From an uncultured Clostridia bacterium (GTDB lineage: Bacteria > Bacillota > Clostridia > Christensenellales > CAG-917): 64,000 bases of DNA. A program made the translations under genes and the position numbers. Of this stretch, positions 54,120-64,000 are shown piece by piece; position 1 is the stretch's first letter; the number at the start of each line of letters is the position of its first letter. The notes beneath the pieces were generated by a model. It worked only from the letters and a program-made list of their open reading frames with translations. It ran no database searches and had not been told where the DNA came from. The stretch is taken from assembly GCA_937885645.1 (NCBI GenBank), contig CALABJ010000017.1, positions 25,270 through 89,269 on the forward strand, read 5' to 3'.

Positions 54120-55382
54120 TTAAAACAAAACGTCGTTGGTGTAGATGGGATATTTGTCGCAGAGAGCGATGACTCTTGCCTTTACGTCTTCAAGGATATC
54201 TTCACCTTTGAAGATGACGTCTGCGATGCAGTCTGCGATGACCTTCATATCATCTTCCTTCATACCGCGGGTTGTGATGGCGGGTGTACCGATGCGAAGA
54301 CCGCTGGTGACGAAGGGTTTTTCGGGGTCGCCGGGTATTGAATTCTTGTTGGCGGTGATGTGTGCTTCATCAAGCATCTTTTCAAGGGCTTTGCCTGTGA
54401 CGCCTGTGCCTACAAGGTTAAGAAGCATTAGGTGATTGTCTGTGCCACCGGTGACGAGGTTGATGCCTCTGTCTGTCAAACCCTTTGCAAGAGCCTTTGC
54501 GTTTTTCAACACTTGTGTTTGATATGCGGTGAATTCAGGGGACAATGCTTCCTTGAACGCCACTGCCTTTGCTGCGATGATGTGCATAAGAGGGCCACCT
54601 TGTGAGCCGGGGAAAATGGCTTTGTCCACTGCTTTTGCAAGGTTTTCATCGTTGGTCATAATCATACCACCACGAGGTCCACGAAGGGTTTTGTGGGTGG
54701 TTGTGGTGATGAAATCTGCATAAGGCACAGGGCTGGGATGAAGACCTGTTGCCACAAGACCTGCGATGTGTGCGATGTCAACCATAAGATAGGCGCCCAC
54801 TTCGTCTGCGATTTCTCTAAACTTGGCAAAGTCGATGATTCTGGGATATGCGCTTGCGCCTGCAACAATCATCTTGGGCTTGTGTTCAAGTGCAAGACGG
54901 CGGACTTCGTCATAGTCAAGAAGACCTGTGACAGGGTCAACGCCATAACTGACTGAGTTGAAGAATTTGCCGTTGCCACTGAGGTTGACCTTTGAGCCGT
55001 GTGTCAAATGTCCGCCTGCGTCAAGTCCCATGCCAAGGATTGTATCCCCTGCTTGAAGGACACTGTAATACACGCCAAAGTTTGCGTTGCAACCTGAATG
55101 AGGTTGAACGTTGGCAAACTTGACACCGAACAGTTGTTTTGCGCGTTCTATTGCAAGATTTTCTGCCACGTCAACGCAACCGCAACCACCATAATAGCGT
55201 CTTGAAGGATAACCTTCTGCATATTTGTTGGTGTGGAAACTGCCTGCTGCTGCAAGGACTGCAGGTGACACGATGTTTTCACTGGCAATGAGTTCGATGT
55301 TGTGTTGTTGTCTTTTCAATTCGTCAACAAGAGAGCCGTAAAGCTCAGGGTCTGCTGACTTGATTACGGATAGATCTACCAT
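54120..55382 (-). CDS. glyA: Serine hydroxymethyltransferase
   Basis: 420 aa with the PLP site [14 protein letters not shown]. Confidence 0.97.
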   Translation of the reverse strand: MVDLSVIKSADPELYGSLVDELKRQQHNIELIASENIVSPAVLAAAGSFHTNKYAEGYPSRRYYGGCGCVDVAENLAIERAKQLFGVKFANVQPHSGCNANFGVYYSVLQAGDTILGMGLDAGGHLTHGSKVNLSGNGKFFNSVSYGVDPVTGLLDYDEVRRLALEHKPKMIVAGASAYPRIIDFAKFREIADEVGAYLMVDIAHIAGLVATGLHPSPVPYADFITTTTHKTLRGPRGGMIMTNDENLAKAVDKAIFPGSQGGPLMHIIAAKAVAFKEALSPEFTAYQTQVLKNAKALAKGLTDRGINLVTGGTDNHLMLLNLVGTGVTGKALEKMLDEAHITANKNSIPGDPEKPFVTSGLRIGTPAITTRGMKEDDMKVIADCIADVIFKGEDILEDVKARVIALCDKYPIYTNDVLF

Positions 55383-55402
55383 ATTCCACCCCCGATATTA
55401 AT

Positions 55403-55732
55403 TTAAAGGACTGCGCTCAATGCTTCTGCAAGTTGTGCTTTTTGTCTGAAACCGATGAGTTTGTCTACCACTGCGCCGTTTTTGAAGATGAACACTGAAG
55501 GGATGCTCATAATGCCAAATTTTCTTGCAAGAGCTTCGTTTTCATCAACGTCAACCTTGCCGATGACTGCTTTGCCTTCAAAGTCTGCTGCAAGTTCCTC
55601 GATGACGGGAGCAAGCATTTTGCAAGGGCCACACCAAGTTGCCCAAAAGTCAACGACGACTACGGGGTTTGATGCAAGGACTGCGTCAAAGTTTTCTTCT
55701 GTCAATGTGATGTATTTTGCGTTTTCACTCAT
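55403..55732 (-). CDS. trxA: Thioredoxin
   Basis: 109 aa with active site WCGPC. Confidence 0.96.
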   Translation of the reverse strand: MSENAKYITLTEENFDAVLASNPVVVVDFWATWCGPCKMLAPVIEELAADFEGKAVIGKVDVDENEALARKFGIMSIPSVFIFKNGAVVDKLIGFRQKAQLAEALSAVL

Positions 55733-55762
55733 ATTACGTTCTCCTTGAGCATTTTGCTCTAT

Positions 55763-56197
55763 TTATTTTTCAATATTGTCTTTGATTTCAGGCTCACCCG
55801 TGGTGATTTCTTTCATAACAGGGCTGAAACCTTTTCTTTTGCGGATGACGAATCTGTCAAGGAAAAATGCGATGACAAATCCAAGAACAAGTCCGCTTAT
55901 TGCCATAATGATTTGGGCTGTTTCTGATAAGAGTGTGCCGATGCCAATGCCTGCACCCACCAAGAGAAGGGGCAACACGTAAACTATGGCAGCCGCGGTC
56001 AAAACAAACCTCTCTCCCATCTCGACGGTGACAAAGTCACCGACGTTGGCTCCAAGGGTGTTTTCAACCACCACTTCCACTTTCATACCGTCCTTTGTGA
56101 CGGCGCACATATGACACTGGTCACAGGCGCTTCGTCTGTCAAAACTGACGGTGGCACGCTTGCCTTTCACTTTGGTGACGACACCACGTTCTACCAT
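55763..56197 (-). CDS. RseC/MucC-family (SoxR-reducing system) membrane protein
   Basis: 144 aa. N-terminal Cys motif (CDQCHMC) followed by two TM helices. Confidence 0.7.
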   Translation of the reverse strand: MVERGVVTKVKGKRATVSFDRRSACDQCHMCAVTKDGMKVEVVVENTLGANVGDFVTVEMGERFVLTAAAIVYVLPLLLVGAGIGIGTLLSETAQIIMAISGLVLGFVIAFFLDRFVIRKRKGFSPVMKEITTGEPEIKDNIEK

Positions 56198-57441
56198 ACT
56201 CTGCCTTCTTTAAGGTCAGCAAGTGTCACTTGCTTTGATTGGCCTTCTGCCATATTTTTGACTGTTGCAACACCGCTGTCCAATTCATCGTCACCGATGA
56301 TTGCAACGTATGATGCTTTGATCTTGTCTGCATACTTCATTTGTGCTTTGAGGCTACGTCCCATAAGGTCAGTTTCTGCACTCAAACCTGCCATGCGAAG
56401 TGCTTGACAAATGGGTTGACTTTCAACTGCTGCTCTGTCTCCAAGAGGTGCGACGTAGACGTCAATGCCCTTTTCAACTGCTTTCATATTGCCTGTATTT
56501 TCAAGGACGAGGAGGAGTCTTTCAAGACCAAGACCGAAACCTGCTGCGGGAGTGGGCTTTCCGCCAACTTCTTCAACGAGGTGGTTGTATCTTCCGCCGC
56601 CACATACTGTGCCTTGTGCGCCGATGTCTGTTGAGATAAACTCAAAGACTGTGCGTGTGTAGTAGTCAAGACCACGGACGATGCCGGGGTTGACTGCAAA
56701 AGGAATGCCGAGGGCGGTCAGTCCGTTTTGCACTTCGTGGAAATGGTCCTTGCAGTCGTCACAGAGATAATCTATGATTTTGGGGGCTTGTGCAGTGATA
56801 AGTTTGCACTTCTCTTCCTTACAGTCAAGGATGCGGAGAGGATTCTTGTCAAAACGTGACTTGCAAGTGGGACACATATTGTCAAGATTTGCACCGATAT
56901 ATTCCTTCAAAGCCTTGTTGTATGCTGCTCTACATTCCTTACAGCCAATGCTGTTGATGTTGAGTGCCAAATCTTTGAGGCCTGCGTTTTTCAAGAATGT
57001 GTATGCAAGTGAAATGACCTCAACGTCTGCCTTGGGGAGGTCACTGCCGTACATTTCAACGCCAAATTGGTGGTGTTCACGAAGACGACCGTTTTGAGGC
57101 TTTTCATAGCGGAAAATTGATGCTATGTAATAGACCTTCAAGGGGAGGCCGTTTTGTGCAAGACCATTTTCAATGTATGAGCGAGCAACACCTGCAGTGC
57201 CTTCGGGACGAAGGGTCATACTTCTGTTGCCCTTGTCGTCAAAGGTGTACATTTCCTTGGTGACTATATCCGTTGTTTCACCTACGCCACGAAGGAATAA
57301 CTCTGTGTGTTCAAACGTAGGAGTGCGGATTTCCTTGAAGCCGAAGGAGTGTGCCGTTCTTCTTGCGATGTCTTCTACGTAGTGCCATTTGTATGCTTCA
57401 CCGGGGAGCATATCTTTTGTGCCTTTTGGTATGTTGATCAT
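56191..57441 (-). CDS. hisS: Histidine--tRNA ligase
   Basis: 416 aa class II aaRS with LRPEGT, FRYEKPQ.GR.REH and GGGRY. Confidence 0.96.
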   Translation of the reverse strand: MINIPKGTKDMLPGEAYKWHYVEDIARRTAHSFGFKEIRTPTFEHTELFLRGVGETTDIVTKEMYTFDDKGNRSMTLRPEGTAGVARSYIENGLAQNGLPLKVYYIASIFRYEKPQNGRLREHHQFGVEMYGSDLPKADVEVISLAYTFLKNAGLKDLALNINSIGCKECRAAYNKALKEYIGANLDNMCPTCKSRFDKNPLRILDCKEEKCKLITAQAPKIIDYLCDDCKDHFHEVQNGLTALGIPFAVNPGIVRGLDYYTRTVFEFISTDIGAQGTVCGGGRYNHLVEEVGGKPTPAAGFGLGLERLLLVLENTGNMKAVEKGIDVYVAPLGDRAAVESQPICQALRMAGLSAETDLMGRSLKAQMKYADKIKASYVAIIGDDELDSGVATVKNMAEGQSKQVTLADLKEGRVW

Positions 57442-57449
57442 AACCCACC

Positions 57450-58775
57450 TTAAATAATATAGCGTTTGAGATTTGTTTCGCGGAGTGCACTGCCGATGTG
57501 TTCATCAACAAATGCTTTGTCCACGTTGATTTGCTTTGTTTCGTTGTCGTCTGCCTCGTAAAGGACGTCTTTCAAGAGATGTTCCATAACTGCGTGGAGA
57601 CGTCTTGCACCGAGATTTTCATTGTTTTCATTTTCAATGAAAGCCACTTTTGCGATTTCGTCAATGGCGTCGTCTGTGAAGTTGAGTTCAACTCCGTCAA
57701 CACCAAGAAGTGCCTTGTATTGCTTGAGCACTGCGTTGTCGGGTTCTCTCAAAATTCTCACAAAGTCGGCTTCGGTCAAGTTGTTCAGTTCCACACGAAT
57801 GGGGAATCTGCCTTGAAGTTCGGGGATCAGGTCTTCCATCTTTGAAATGTGGAATGCGCCTGCTGCCACAAACAAGATGAAATCTGTTCTGATTGTGCCG
57901 TGTTTTGTTTGGACTGTGCAACCTTCAACAATGGGAAGAATGTCTCTTTGCACGCCCTCTCTTGACACGTCGTGGCCGTGTTCACGACCGCTTGATGCCG
58001 CCACCTTGTCAATTTCATCAAGGAACACAACGCCGTCTTGCTCTGCTCTTTGCAGTGCTTCAGTGACGATTGCGTCTTGGTCAACCATCTTTTCGCTTTC
58101 TTGGTTGATCATAAAGTCCATTGCTTGCTTCACTGTCAGGGTGCGCACTTTCTTTTGTCCGCCACCACCGAAAATGTTGCCGATGATGCCGTTCATATCA
58201 ATTTCACCGCCGTGGGCGTTTTGATTAAGTTGGATAGGCTTGGGTGTGGCCTTCACTTCCATCTTGATGGTGATGCCGTCAAGGTGTCCTGCACGGATGT
58301 CTTTGAGAAGTTCTTCACGAAGTTCTGCATCTGACTTGTCGCCGGTTTCTGCCCTTTTGCGGAGAGGAAGGATGATTTCAACAAGGTTTCTTTCTGCAAT
58401 TTCTGTTGCACGAGGAAGGACCTCTTTGAATTTTTCGTCCTTGACCATGCGGATTGAAACTTCAACAAGGTCACGAATTATGCTTTCGACGTCACGTCCT
58501 ACGTAGCCAACTTCGGTGAACTTGGTGGCTTCAACCTTGACAAAAGGTGCTTTGACGATTTTGGCAAGACGACGTGCGATTTCGGTTTTGCCAACACCGG
58601 TAGGGCCTTTCATAAGGATGTTTTTGGGGGTGATTTCCTCTCTCATTTCGGGGGAGAGTTTGCTACGGCGATAGCGGTTGCGGAGGGCTATTGCCACTGC
58701 AATCTTTGCTTCGTCTTGACCGATGATGTATCTGTCAAGTTCTTGAACTATTTGTTTTGGGGTTAAGGTGTCCAT
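57450..58775 (-). CDS. hslU: ATP-dependent protease ATPase subunit HslU
   Basis: 441 aa with TPKQIV.ELD.YIIGQ and Walker A GPTGVGKTEIARRLA. Confidence 0.96.
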   Translation of the reverse strand: MDTLTPKQIVQELDRYIIGQDEAKIAVAIALRNRYRRSKLSPEMREEITPKNILMKGPTGVGKTEIARRLAKIVKAPFVKVEATKFTEVGYVGRDVESIIRDLVEVSIRMVKDEKFKEVLPRATEIAERNLVEIILPLRKRAETGDKSDAELREELLKDIRAGHLDGITIKMEVKATPKPIQLNQNAHGGEIDMNGIIGNIFGGGGQKKVRTLTVKQAMDFMINQESEKMVDQDAIVTEALQRAEQDGVVFLDEIDKVAASSGREHGHDVSREGVQRDILPIVEGCTVQTKHGTIRTDFILFVAAGAFHISKMEDLIPELQGRFPIRVELNNLTEADFVRILREPDNAVLKQYKALLGVDGVELNFTDDAIDEIAKVAFIENENNENLGARRLHAVMEHLLKDVLYEADDNETKQINVDKAFVDEHIGSALRETNLKRYII

Positions 58776-58845
58776 ATTGCTCCTTTATACCGTGAAAATC
58801 AAAGATTTTCAAAAAATCGTATTTCTGTTTTCCGTATGCCACCGA

Positions 58846-59379
58846 TTAGACGGTTTCAACGGTGATGTGGTCGTTGGTGTAAACACAGAGTTCACTTGCA
58901 ATGTGCAAAGCACGTTTTGCAATGTCTGCGGCGTCAAGGTCGGTTGCCCCTGCAAGTGCTCTTGCGGCTGCGAGGGCGTAGTTTCCGCCACTGCCGATTG
59001 CACAAATTCCACTTTCGGGCTCAAACACTTCACCACTGCCTGAAACGATATACAGTGAGTTGTGGTCTGCCACGATCAAAAGTGCTTCAAGTTTTCTGTA
59101 CATTTTGTCGGTGCGCCAAAGTTCTGCAACGGCAACTGCTGAACGCATAAGATTGCCACTGTACTTGTTGAGCATCTCTTCAAACTTTTCGCTGAGTGCA
59201 AATGCGTCTGACACTGAGCCTGCAAAACCGATGACGACTTTGCCGTTGTAGATGCGCTTCACCTTGACGGCGTTGCCTTTCATGATGACGCTTTCACCCA
59301 TGGTCACTTGGCCGTCTCCTGCGATTGCGGTGACACCGTTTCTCTTTACTGCACAAATGGTTGTTCCTCTAAATTCCAT
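58846..59379 (-). CDS. hslV: ATP-dependent protease subunit HslV
   Basis: 177 aa with an N-terminal Thr-protease start (FRGTTI) and GDGQVT. Confidence 0.95.
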   Translation of the reverse strand: MEFRGTTICAVKRNGVTAIAGDGQVTMGESVIMKGNAVKVKRIYNGKVVIGFAGSVSDAFALSEKFEEMLNKYSGNLMRSAVAVAELWRTDKMYRKLEALLIVADHNSLYIVSGSGEVFEPESGICAIGSGGNYALAAARALAGATDLDAADIAKRALHIASELCVYTNDHITVETV

Positions 59380-59406
59380 AATTCCTCCAAATGCCTAAGC
59401 ATTAGG

Positions 59407-60714
59407 TTAATTTTCTTTTGACAAAAACTCGCCTAAATTCTTGATTGCCCTGTCGTGATAGGCTTGTTTACGTTGTTTTTTGTGGACTGTATGTAGTTCA
59501 GGAAGCAGTCCAAAGTTTGCGTTCATAGGTTGGAAATCATTGGCGCAAGACGACACGTATTCAGTCAAAGCACCTGTGATTGTTGTGGCGGGCAATTTGA
59601 GTTCATCCTTGCCTGTCAACTCTCTCACCATAGCATCGGCTGCGATAAGCCCACTCATTATGCTTTCAACGTAGCCTTCAACCCCTGAAATTTGACCTGC
59701 TATATACACTGGTGTGGTTGAATTCTTCAAGCGGAAGCGGTTGGTGAGAAGGTCGGGAGATTTGATGAAAGTGTTGCGGTGCATGGTGCCGTAGCGGAGG
59801 AATTCCGCACTGTGGAGGGCGGGTATCATGCTGAACACTCTCTTTTGCTCACCGTATGTAAGGTTGGTTTGGAATCCTACAAGGTTGTAGCAATCCCCTG
59901 CTACGTTTTCCTTCCTCAGTTGCACCACTGCATAGGCACTTTCGCCCGTGTTAGGATTGCGGAGGCCTACTGGGCGCATAGGGCCGTAGCGCATTGTGTC
60001 ACCACCCCTCTTTGCCATAATCTCAATGGGCATACAGCCGTCAAACAATTCCTTCTTTTCAAAGTCGTGAAGGTGGACTGTTTCTGCGGTGACGAGGGCA
60101 TTGTAGAAATCTTCGTACTCCTCTTTCTGCATAGGCAGGTTGAGATAGTCGTCTCCTCCCTTGCCGTATCTGCCACCAAAATATGCCTTTGTCATATCTA
60201 CGCTGTCAAAGGACACGATTGGGGCGATTGCATCATAGAAAAATAATCTATCTTGACCTGTCAGTTTTGCAAGATAGTCAGCAAAGTCCGGTGAAGTCAA
60301 TGGGCCTGTGGCGATGATTGTGGGCACGCCTTCTTCAAGGCAAGTGACTTCAGTGTCCTTGTGAAGAGTGAAACCCTCATACTTAGCAAGCTCTCTTTCA
60401 ACTGCGGTTGAAAAAGCAACTCTGTCCACGGCAAGTGCACTGCCTGAGGGCACTGCGCTCTCCCTTGCCAAAGGCAAGAGTCGTGAGCCAAGCATATCAA
60501 GTTCCTCTTTCAGCAGTCCGCTAGCGGTTTCAGGTGAAGTGGACTTCAAACTGTTTGAACACACCAACTCTGCCAGTCCACCGCTCTCGTGAGCCCCTGT
60601 GAGGCGTTTTGGGCGCATTTCAAACATTTCCACTTGAAATCCCGCGTCAAGAAGTTTGAACGCTGCTTCCGTGCCTGCCAGTCCGCCGCCTATTACCACT
60701 ACTTTTGTTGCCAT
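59407..60714 (-). CDS. trmFO: Methylenetetrahydrofolate--tRNA-(uracil54-C5)-methyltransferase TrmFO
   Basis: 435 aa with FAD motif VIGGGLAGTEAA and the topA-trmFO-hslVU synteny seen in Firmicutes. Confidence 0.94.
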   Translation of the reverse strand: MATKVVVIGGGLAGTEAAFKLLDAGFQVEMFEMRPKRLTGAHESGGLAELVCSNSLKSTSPETASGLLKEELDMLGSRLLPLARESAVPSGSALAVDRVAFSTAVERELAKYEGFTLHKDTEVTCLEEGVPTIIATGPLTSPDFADYLAKLTGQDRLFFYDAIAPIVSFDSVDMTKAYFGGRYGKGGDDYLNLPMQKEEYEDFYNALVTAETVHLHDFEKKELFDGCMPIEIMAKRGGDTMRYGPMRPVGLRNPNTGESAYAVVQLRKENVAGDCYNLVGFQTNLTYGEQKRVFSMIPALHSAEFLRYGTMHRNTFIKSPDLLTNRFRLKNSTTPVYIAGQISGVEGYVESIMSGLIAADAMVRELTGKDELKLPATTITGALTEYVSSCANDFQPMNANFGLLPELHTVHKKQRKQAYHDRAIKNLGEFLSKEN

Positions 60715-60715
60715 A

Positions 60716-62821
60716 CTATTCTTCTGAAGGGGTTTCTACGTGCTTGCACTCGCTGTTGGCGCAAACGTATTTCTTTTCATAGTTTCTTGTCCTGACGTTC
60801 ATAAGTGAACCGCACTTGGGACAGAGGTGAGGTGCAGGAAGATCCCACGTGACAAAGTCACACTTGGGATAGTTGGCGCAACCGTAGAAGGTTTTGCCTG
60901 CCTTTGACACTCTCTTTTCTATTGCTCCACCGCACTTGGGACATACGCCCACTTGCTCGTGGATATTTTTGATGTTTTTGCACTTGGGATAGTTGGGGCA
61001 AGAAAGGAATTTGCCGTGCTTGCCTTCCTTGATGACCATCTTTGCTCCGCACTTTTCGCAGACAACATCCGTTTCAACGGCGGGCATAAGGTTGGGACCA
61101 CCTGTCTTTGATGCATATTCGATATATTTTGCAAGGTGGTTGTAGTAGACCTTGACAAGGTTATGCCACTCTTCTCCGCCTTCTGCAACCAAGTCCAGTT
61201 TTGTTTCAAGACGGGCTGTGAAGGACAAGTCCATGACCGTGGGGAAATAGTTTTGCATATATTGGCAGACTGTTTCACCAAGTTGGGTGGGAGCAAGGTT
61301 TTTGCCTTGTTTTTCAGTGTATTCTCTCTTTGCGATGACTGAGATGATTGAAGCGTAGGTACTAGGACGTCCAATGCCGTTTTCTTCCAGTGCCTTGATG
61401 AGAGTTGCGTCGTTGTATCTGGGAGGAGGTGTGGTGAATTTTTGCTCCTTGACAACCTCTGCCAGTTCAAACTTGTCACCTTCCTTCAGGTCAGGCATTG
61501 TACCAAGTTCATCCTTGTCCTCTTCCTTGTCGCTTGTTGCGGTGTACACTGCTGTGAAGCCCTTGAATTTGACGCTCTTGCCCTTCACTGCAAAGCCGAG
61601 GGGTTTGCCTGTGGTTTCGCCTGTGATGTGGACTGTCATTGTATAAAACTCCGCATTGGTCATTTGAGATGCCAAATAGCGCTCGTAAATCAACTTGTAA
61701 AGACGATAGCTGTCACGGTCAATCTTGTCCTTCAACGACTCGGGAGTGCGTTCAAGGGAAATAGGACGGATTGCTTCATGGGCGTCTTGTGCCTTTTCGC
61801 TGGTCTTGTAGATATTGGGACGAGCAGGTGCAAATTTGTCGCCGTACTTTTCCTTCACGTAGTGAAGTGTCTTTGAAGCAAAGTCCGGTGAGATGCGGAC
61901 AGAGTCTGTTCTGATGTATGTGACAAGGGCATGTTGACCTTCACCTGTGATGGTGACACCTTCGTAGAGTTGTTGTGCAACTCTCATTGCGCGGTCTGAG
62001 GACATACCCAGTTTGTGGTTGGCCTCTTGTTGCAATGTTGAGGTGGTGAAAGGAGGTGCAGGACGTGAGGTTGAAGTGCCCTTTTTCACTGCGTCAACAA
62101 AGTAGGATGCGTTTTGCATCAAAGATGCAATTTCCTCCGCCAAGTCACCCTTTTCAACTTTAATCTTCTTTTTGCCGTATTCAACAAGGTTTGCCTTGAT
62201 AAGGTTTGCCTTCACGCGTTTGTCGCCCTCTTTGTAGAGCATTGCTGCCAGATTCCAGTACTCTTCGGGGACAAAGTTGCGGATTTCGTTTTCACGCTCC
62301 ACAATCATTTTGAGGGCTGCTGATTGCACTCTGCCTGCTGATGAGCCACTTTTGATTCTTCTTGAAAGGATAGGTGAAATCTTGTAGCCCACAAGGCGGT
62401 CAAGGACGCGTCTTGCTTGTTGGCTGTTGACAAGGTCATCGTTGATTTCACGGGGGTTTTCCATTGCTTTGAGCACTGCATTCTTTGAAATTTCGTTGAA
62501 CTCAATGCGGATTTTGTCGTCTTTGAGTCCAAGACAATTCTTCAAGTGCCAGCTGATTGCTTCACCTTCGCGGTCCGGGTCGGTTGCGAGGTAAACTCTG
62601 TCATATTTTTTGACTTCTTTGACAAGATAATCGATGGTCTTTTGCTTTTCAGGTGAAATGATGTATTGGGGCTCGAAATCGTGCTCCATATCAATGCCCA
62701 GCGTCTTTTGGGGCAGGTCGCAAACGTGTCCCTTTGATGCAACAACCTTGTAGCTTTGTCCAAGATAGTTTTGAATTGTCGTTGCCTTGTGAGGGGACTC
62801 AACTATTATGAGTTGCTTCAT
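60716..62821 (-). CDS. topA: DNA topoisomerase I
   Basis: 701 aa. TOPRIM domain (LIIVESP), active-site Tyr context (YIRTDS), and three C-terminal C4 zinc ribbons. Confidence 0.97.
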   Translation of the reverse strand: MKQLIIVESPHKATTIQNYLGQSYKVVASKGHVCDLPQKTLGIDMEHDFEPQYIISPEKQKTIDYLVKEVKKYDRVYLATDPDREGEAISWHLKNCLGLKDDKIRIEFNEISKNAVLKAMENPREINDDLVNSQQARRVLDRLVGYKISPILSRRIKSGSSAGRVQSAALKMIVERENEIRNFVPEEYWNLAAMLYKEGDKRVKANLIKANLVEYGKKKIKVEKGDLAEEIASLMQNASYFVDAVKKGTSTSRPAPPFTTSTLQQEANHKLGMSSDRAMRVAQQLYEGVTITGEGQHALVTYIRTDSVRISPDFASKTLHYVKEKYGDKFAPARPNIYKTSEKAQDAHEAIRPISLERTPESLKDKIDRDSYRLYKLIYERYLASQMTNAEFYTMTVHITGETTGKPLGFAVKGKSVKFKGFTAVYTATSDKEEDKDELGTMPDLKEGDKFELAEVVKEQKFTTPPPRYNDATLIKALEENGIGRPSTYASIISVIAKREYTEKQGKNLAPTQLGETVCQYMQNYFPTVMDLSFTARLETKLDLVAEGGEEWHNLVKVYYNHLAKYIEYASKTGGPNLMPAVETDVVCEKCGAKMVIKEGKHGKFLSCPNYPKCKNIKNIHEQVGVCPKCGGAIEKRVSKAGKTFYGCANYPKCDFVTWDLPAPHLCPKCGSLMNVRTRNYEKKYVCANSECKHVETPSEE

Positions 62822-62833
62822 TATATCTCCTTG

Positions 62834-63916
62834 TTATGACAGGCTGTAAAAGTTTCCGCCCGTCTGTTCAATTATTCCATTTATTTCGAGATTCATAAGC
62901 ATTGTGCTCAATTCTCCCGCGCTCAGTGACGTGATTTCCAAAAGTTCCTCAAAGTGAAGTTCCTTGTCGTGGAGGGCCTCCACAATCAACGTCTCGCATA
63001 TATTCAATTCAACCACTTCGGTGTCCACGGACACTGCTCTAACACCCAGCCTTGACAACACGTCTTCGGACTCGATGACAAGAGCGTGTGGCATTTCTTG
63101 AAGAAGTTTGTTGGTGCCTTCACTTTCAGGTGAATTTATGTTGCCGGGCACAACAAACAACTCTTTGCCTTGCTCAACTGCAAGCCTTGCAGTGATGAGT
63201 GAGCCACTCTTCAAAGTCGCCTCGGGCAAGAATACGCCACGGGACAGACCTGATATAATTCTATTCCTCTCGGGGAAATGATATTGCAACGGTTTTGTGC
63301 CAAGAGGATATTCACTTATGACCGCGCCTCCTGAGGACAGAATGCTTTCATAAAGCCCTCTGTTTTCTGCGGGATAGCAAACGTCTAAACCTGCGGCAAA
63401 CACCGCTATCGTAGGTGAATCTGTGGTGACACAGGCTTTGTGTGCCACTGAATCCACTCCCCTTGCAAAGCCGGACACCACCGTGAGCCCTGCTCTTGAA
63501 AAGTCGTGGGTGAAGGCGTCACAAACCTTTTGACCATATCTTGTAGGAGTGCGTGTGCCAACCACTGCAATACAATCACTGGTGAGAAGTGACACGTTGC
63601 CTTTCACGTACAGCACCAAGGGGAAATCGTGAGTTTCACGAAGCAAGGGCGGATATTCCTCGTCGTAGTAAGTCACCCAGCCAACTTCCTTCCTTTCCAT
63701 CTCTTCCATAATGGAATCGATAAGTGAATATTTTGTTAAAAACTCTGTTTTGTGCTTGTCGCCTAGCACCTTTTCCACTGTTTTTGCGTGCTTTTCATTT
63801 ATCCAGTCGGTGGGATTTGGCAAAACTGAAAGGATATCCCTTTTCTTTTTCAGGGACAACTCTTCCACTTGTGTCAATGCCACTATAATTTTTGCTTCGG
63901 GAGTTTTCTTGTTCAT
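62834..63916 (-). CDS. dprA: DNA processing protein DprA (Smf)
   Basis: 360 aa with Rossmann-like DprA core motifs (VVGTR.PT.YG, SGFARGVD). Confidence 0.92.
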   Translation of the reverse strand: MNKKTPEAKIIVALTQVEELSLKKKRDILSVLPNPTDWINEKHAKTVEKVLGDKHKTEFLTKYSLIDSIMEEMERKEVGWVTYYDEEYPPLLRETHDFPLVLYVKGNVSLLTSDCIAVVGTRTPTRYGQKVCDAFTHDFSRAGLTVVSGFARGVDSVAHKACVTTDSPTIAVFAAGLDVCYPAENRGLYESILSSGGAVISEYPLGTKPLQYHFPERNRIISGLSRGVFLPEATLKSGSLITARLAVEQGKELFVVPGNINSPESEGTNKLLQEMPHALVIESEDVLSRLGVRAVSVDTEVVELNICETLIVEALHDKELHFEELLEITSLSAGELSTMLMNLEINGIIEQTGGNFYSLS

Positions 63917-64000
63917 TATCTGTTGTATTTTCTGTCCAAGCCACGATATTGAATTGCTTCTGCAACGTGCTTGCTTTCAATGTTTACACTTCCGTCAAGG
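63916..64000 (-). CDS. C-terminal 27 codons of a YifB/ComM-family Mg-chelatase-like ATPase (gene starts beyond the window end)
   Basis: Minus-strand translation ...LDGSVNIESKHVAEAIQYRGLDRKYNR*. The stop overlaps the dprA ATG (TAATG). The tail matches the YifB pattern H..EAIQYR.LDR. Confidence 0.6.
   Translation of the reverse strand, partial: LDGSVNIESKHVAEAIQYRGLDRKYNR

Noticed and set aside
57442-57449. Expected T-box leader upstream of hisS
   Set aside because: Only 8 nt separate hslU and hisS, so there is no room for a leader. hisS is evidently co-transcribed with hslVU.

Overview
This 64 kb window looks like chromosome from an endospore-forming Firmicute, probably Clostridia-like, with roughly 40-45% GC by eye. 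About 85% is coding, and most genes are on the minus strand. Content is almost entirely housekeeping. (1) Minus strand, 1-14.7 kb: mraZ-rsmH-(FtsL-slot gene)-class B PBP-murE-mraY-murD-ftsW-murA-ftsA-ftsZ, followed by spoIIGA-sigE-sigG. (2) engB-clpX-clpP-tig and rqcH. (3) rluD-lspA-sepF-ylmE. (4) An operon led by an FMN riboswitch: ribU::tsaE fusion-tsaB-rimI-hydrolase-murF-ddl. (5) nadD::yqeK-rsfS. (6) A divergent tRNA locus (Gly-Lys on minus, Leu on plus). (7) obg, nfnAB, nth. (8) glyA-trxA-rseC-hisS-hslUV-trmFO-topA-dprA. I found no integrase, transposase, CRISPR array, phage structural gene or recognisable defence system. The observations I consider most worth follow-up are: (a) a small structured repeat family attached to tRNA genes, where each copy ends in a duplicate of the 3' end of its own tRNA and the hairpins covary between the Lys and Leu copies; (b) an in-frame RibU-TsaE fusion behind an FMN riboswitch; (c) a MurF-type ligase whose N-terminal domain is replaced by a polytopic membrane domain and which has moved out of the dcw cluster; (d) three long hairpins with a conserved GTAC-N5-GTAC apex between MATE and obg; (e) several genes whose ATG sits 6-7 nt after a good -10 box with no Shine-Dalgarno sequence, suggesting leaderless mRNAs. 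All protein calls rest on reading motifs in the supplied translations from memory; no database search was run.
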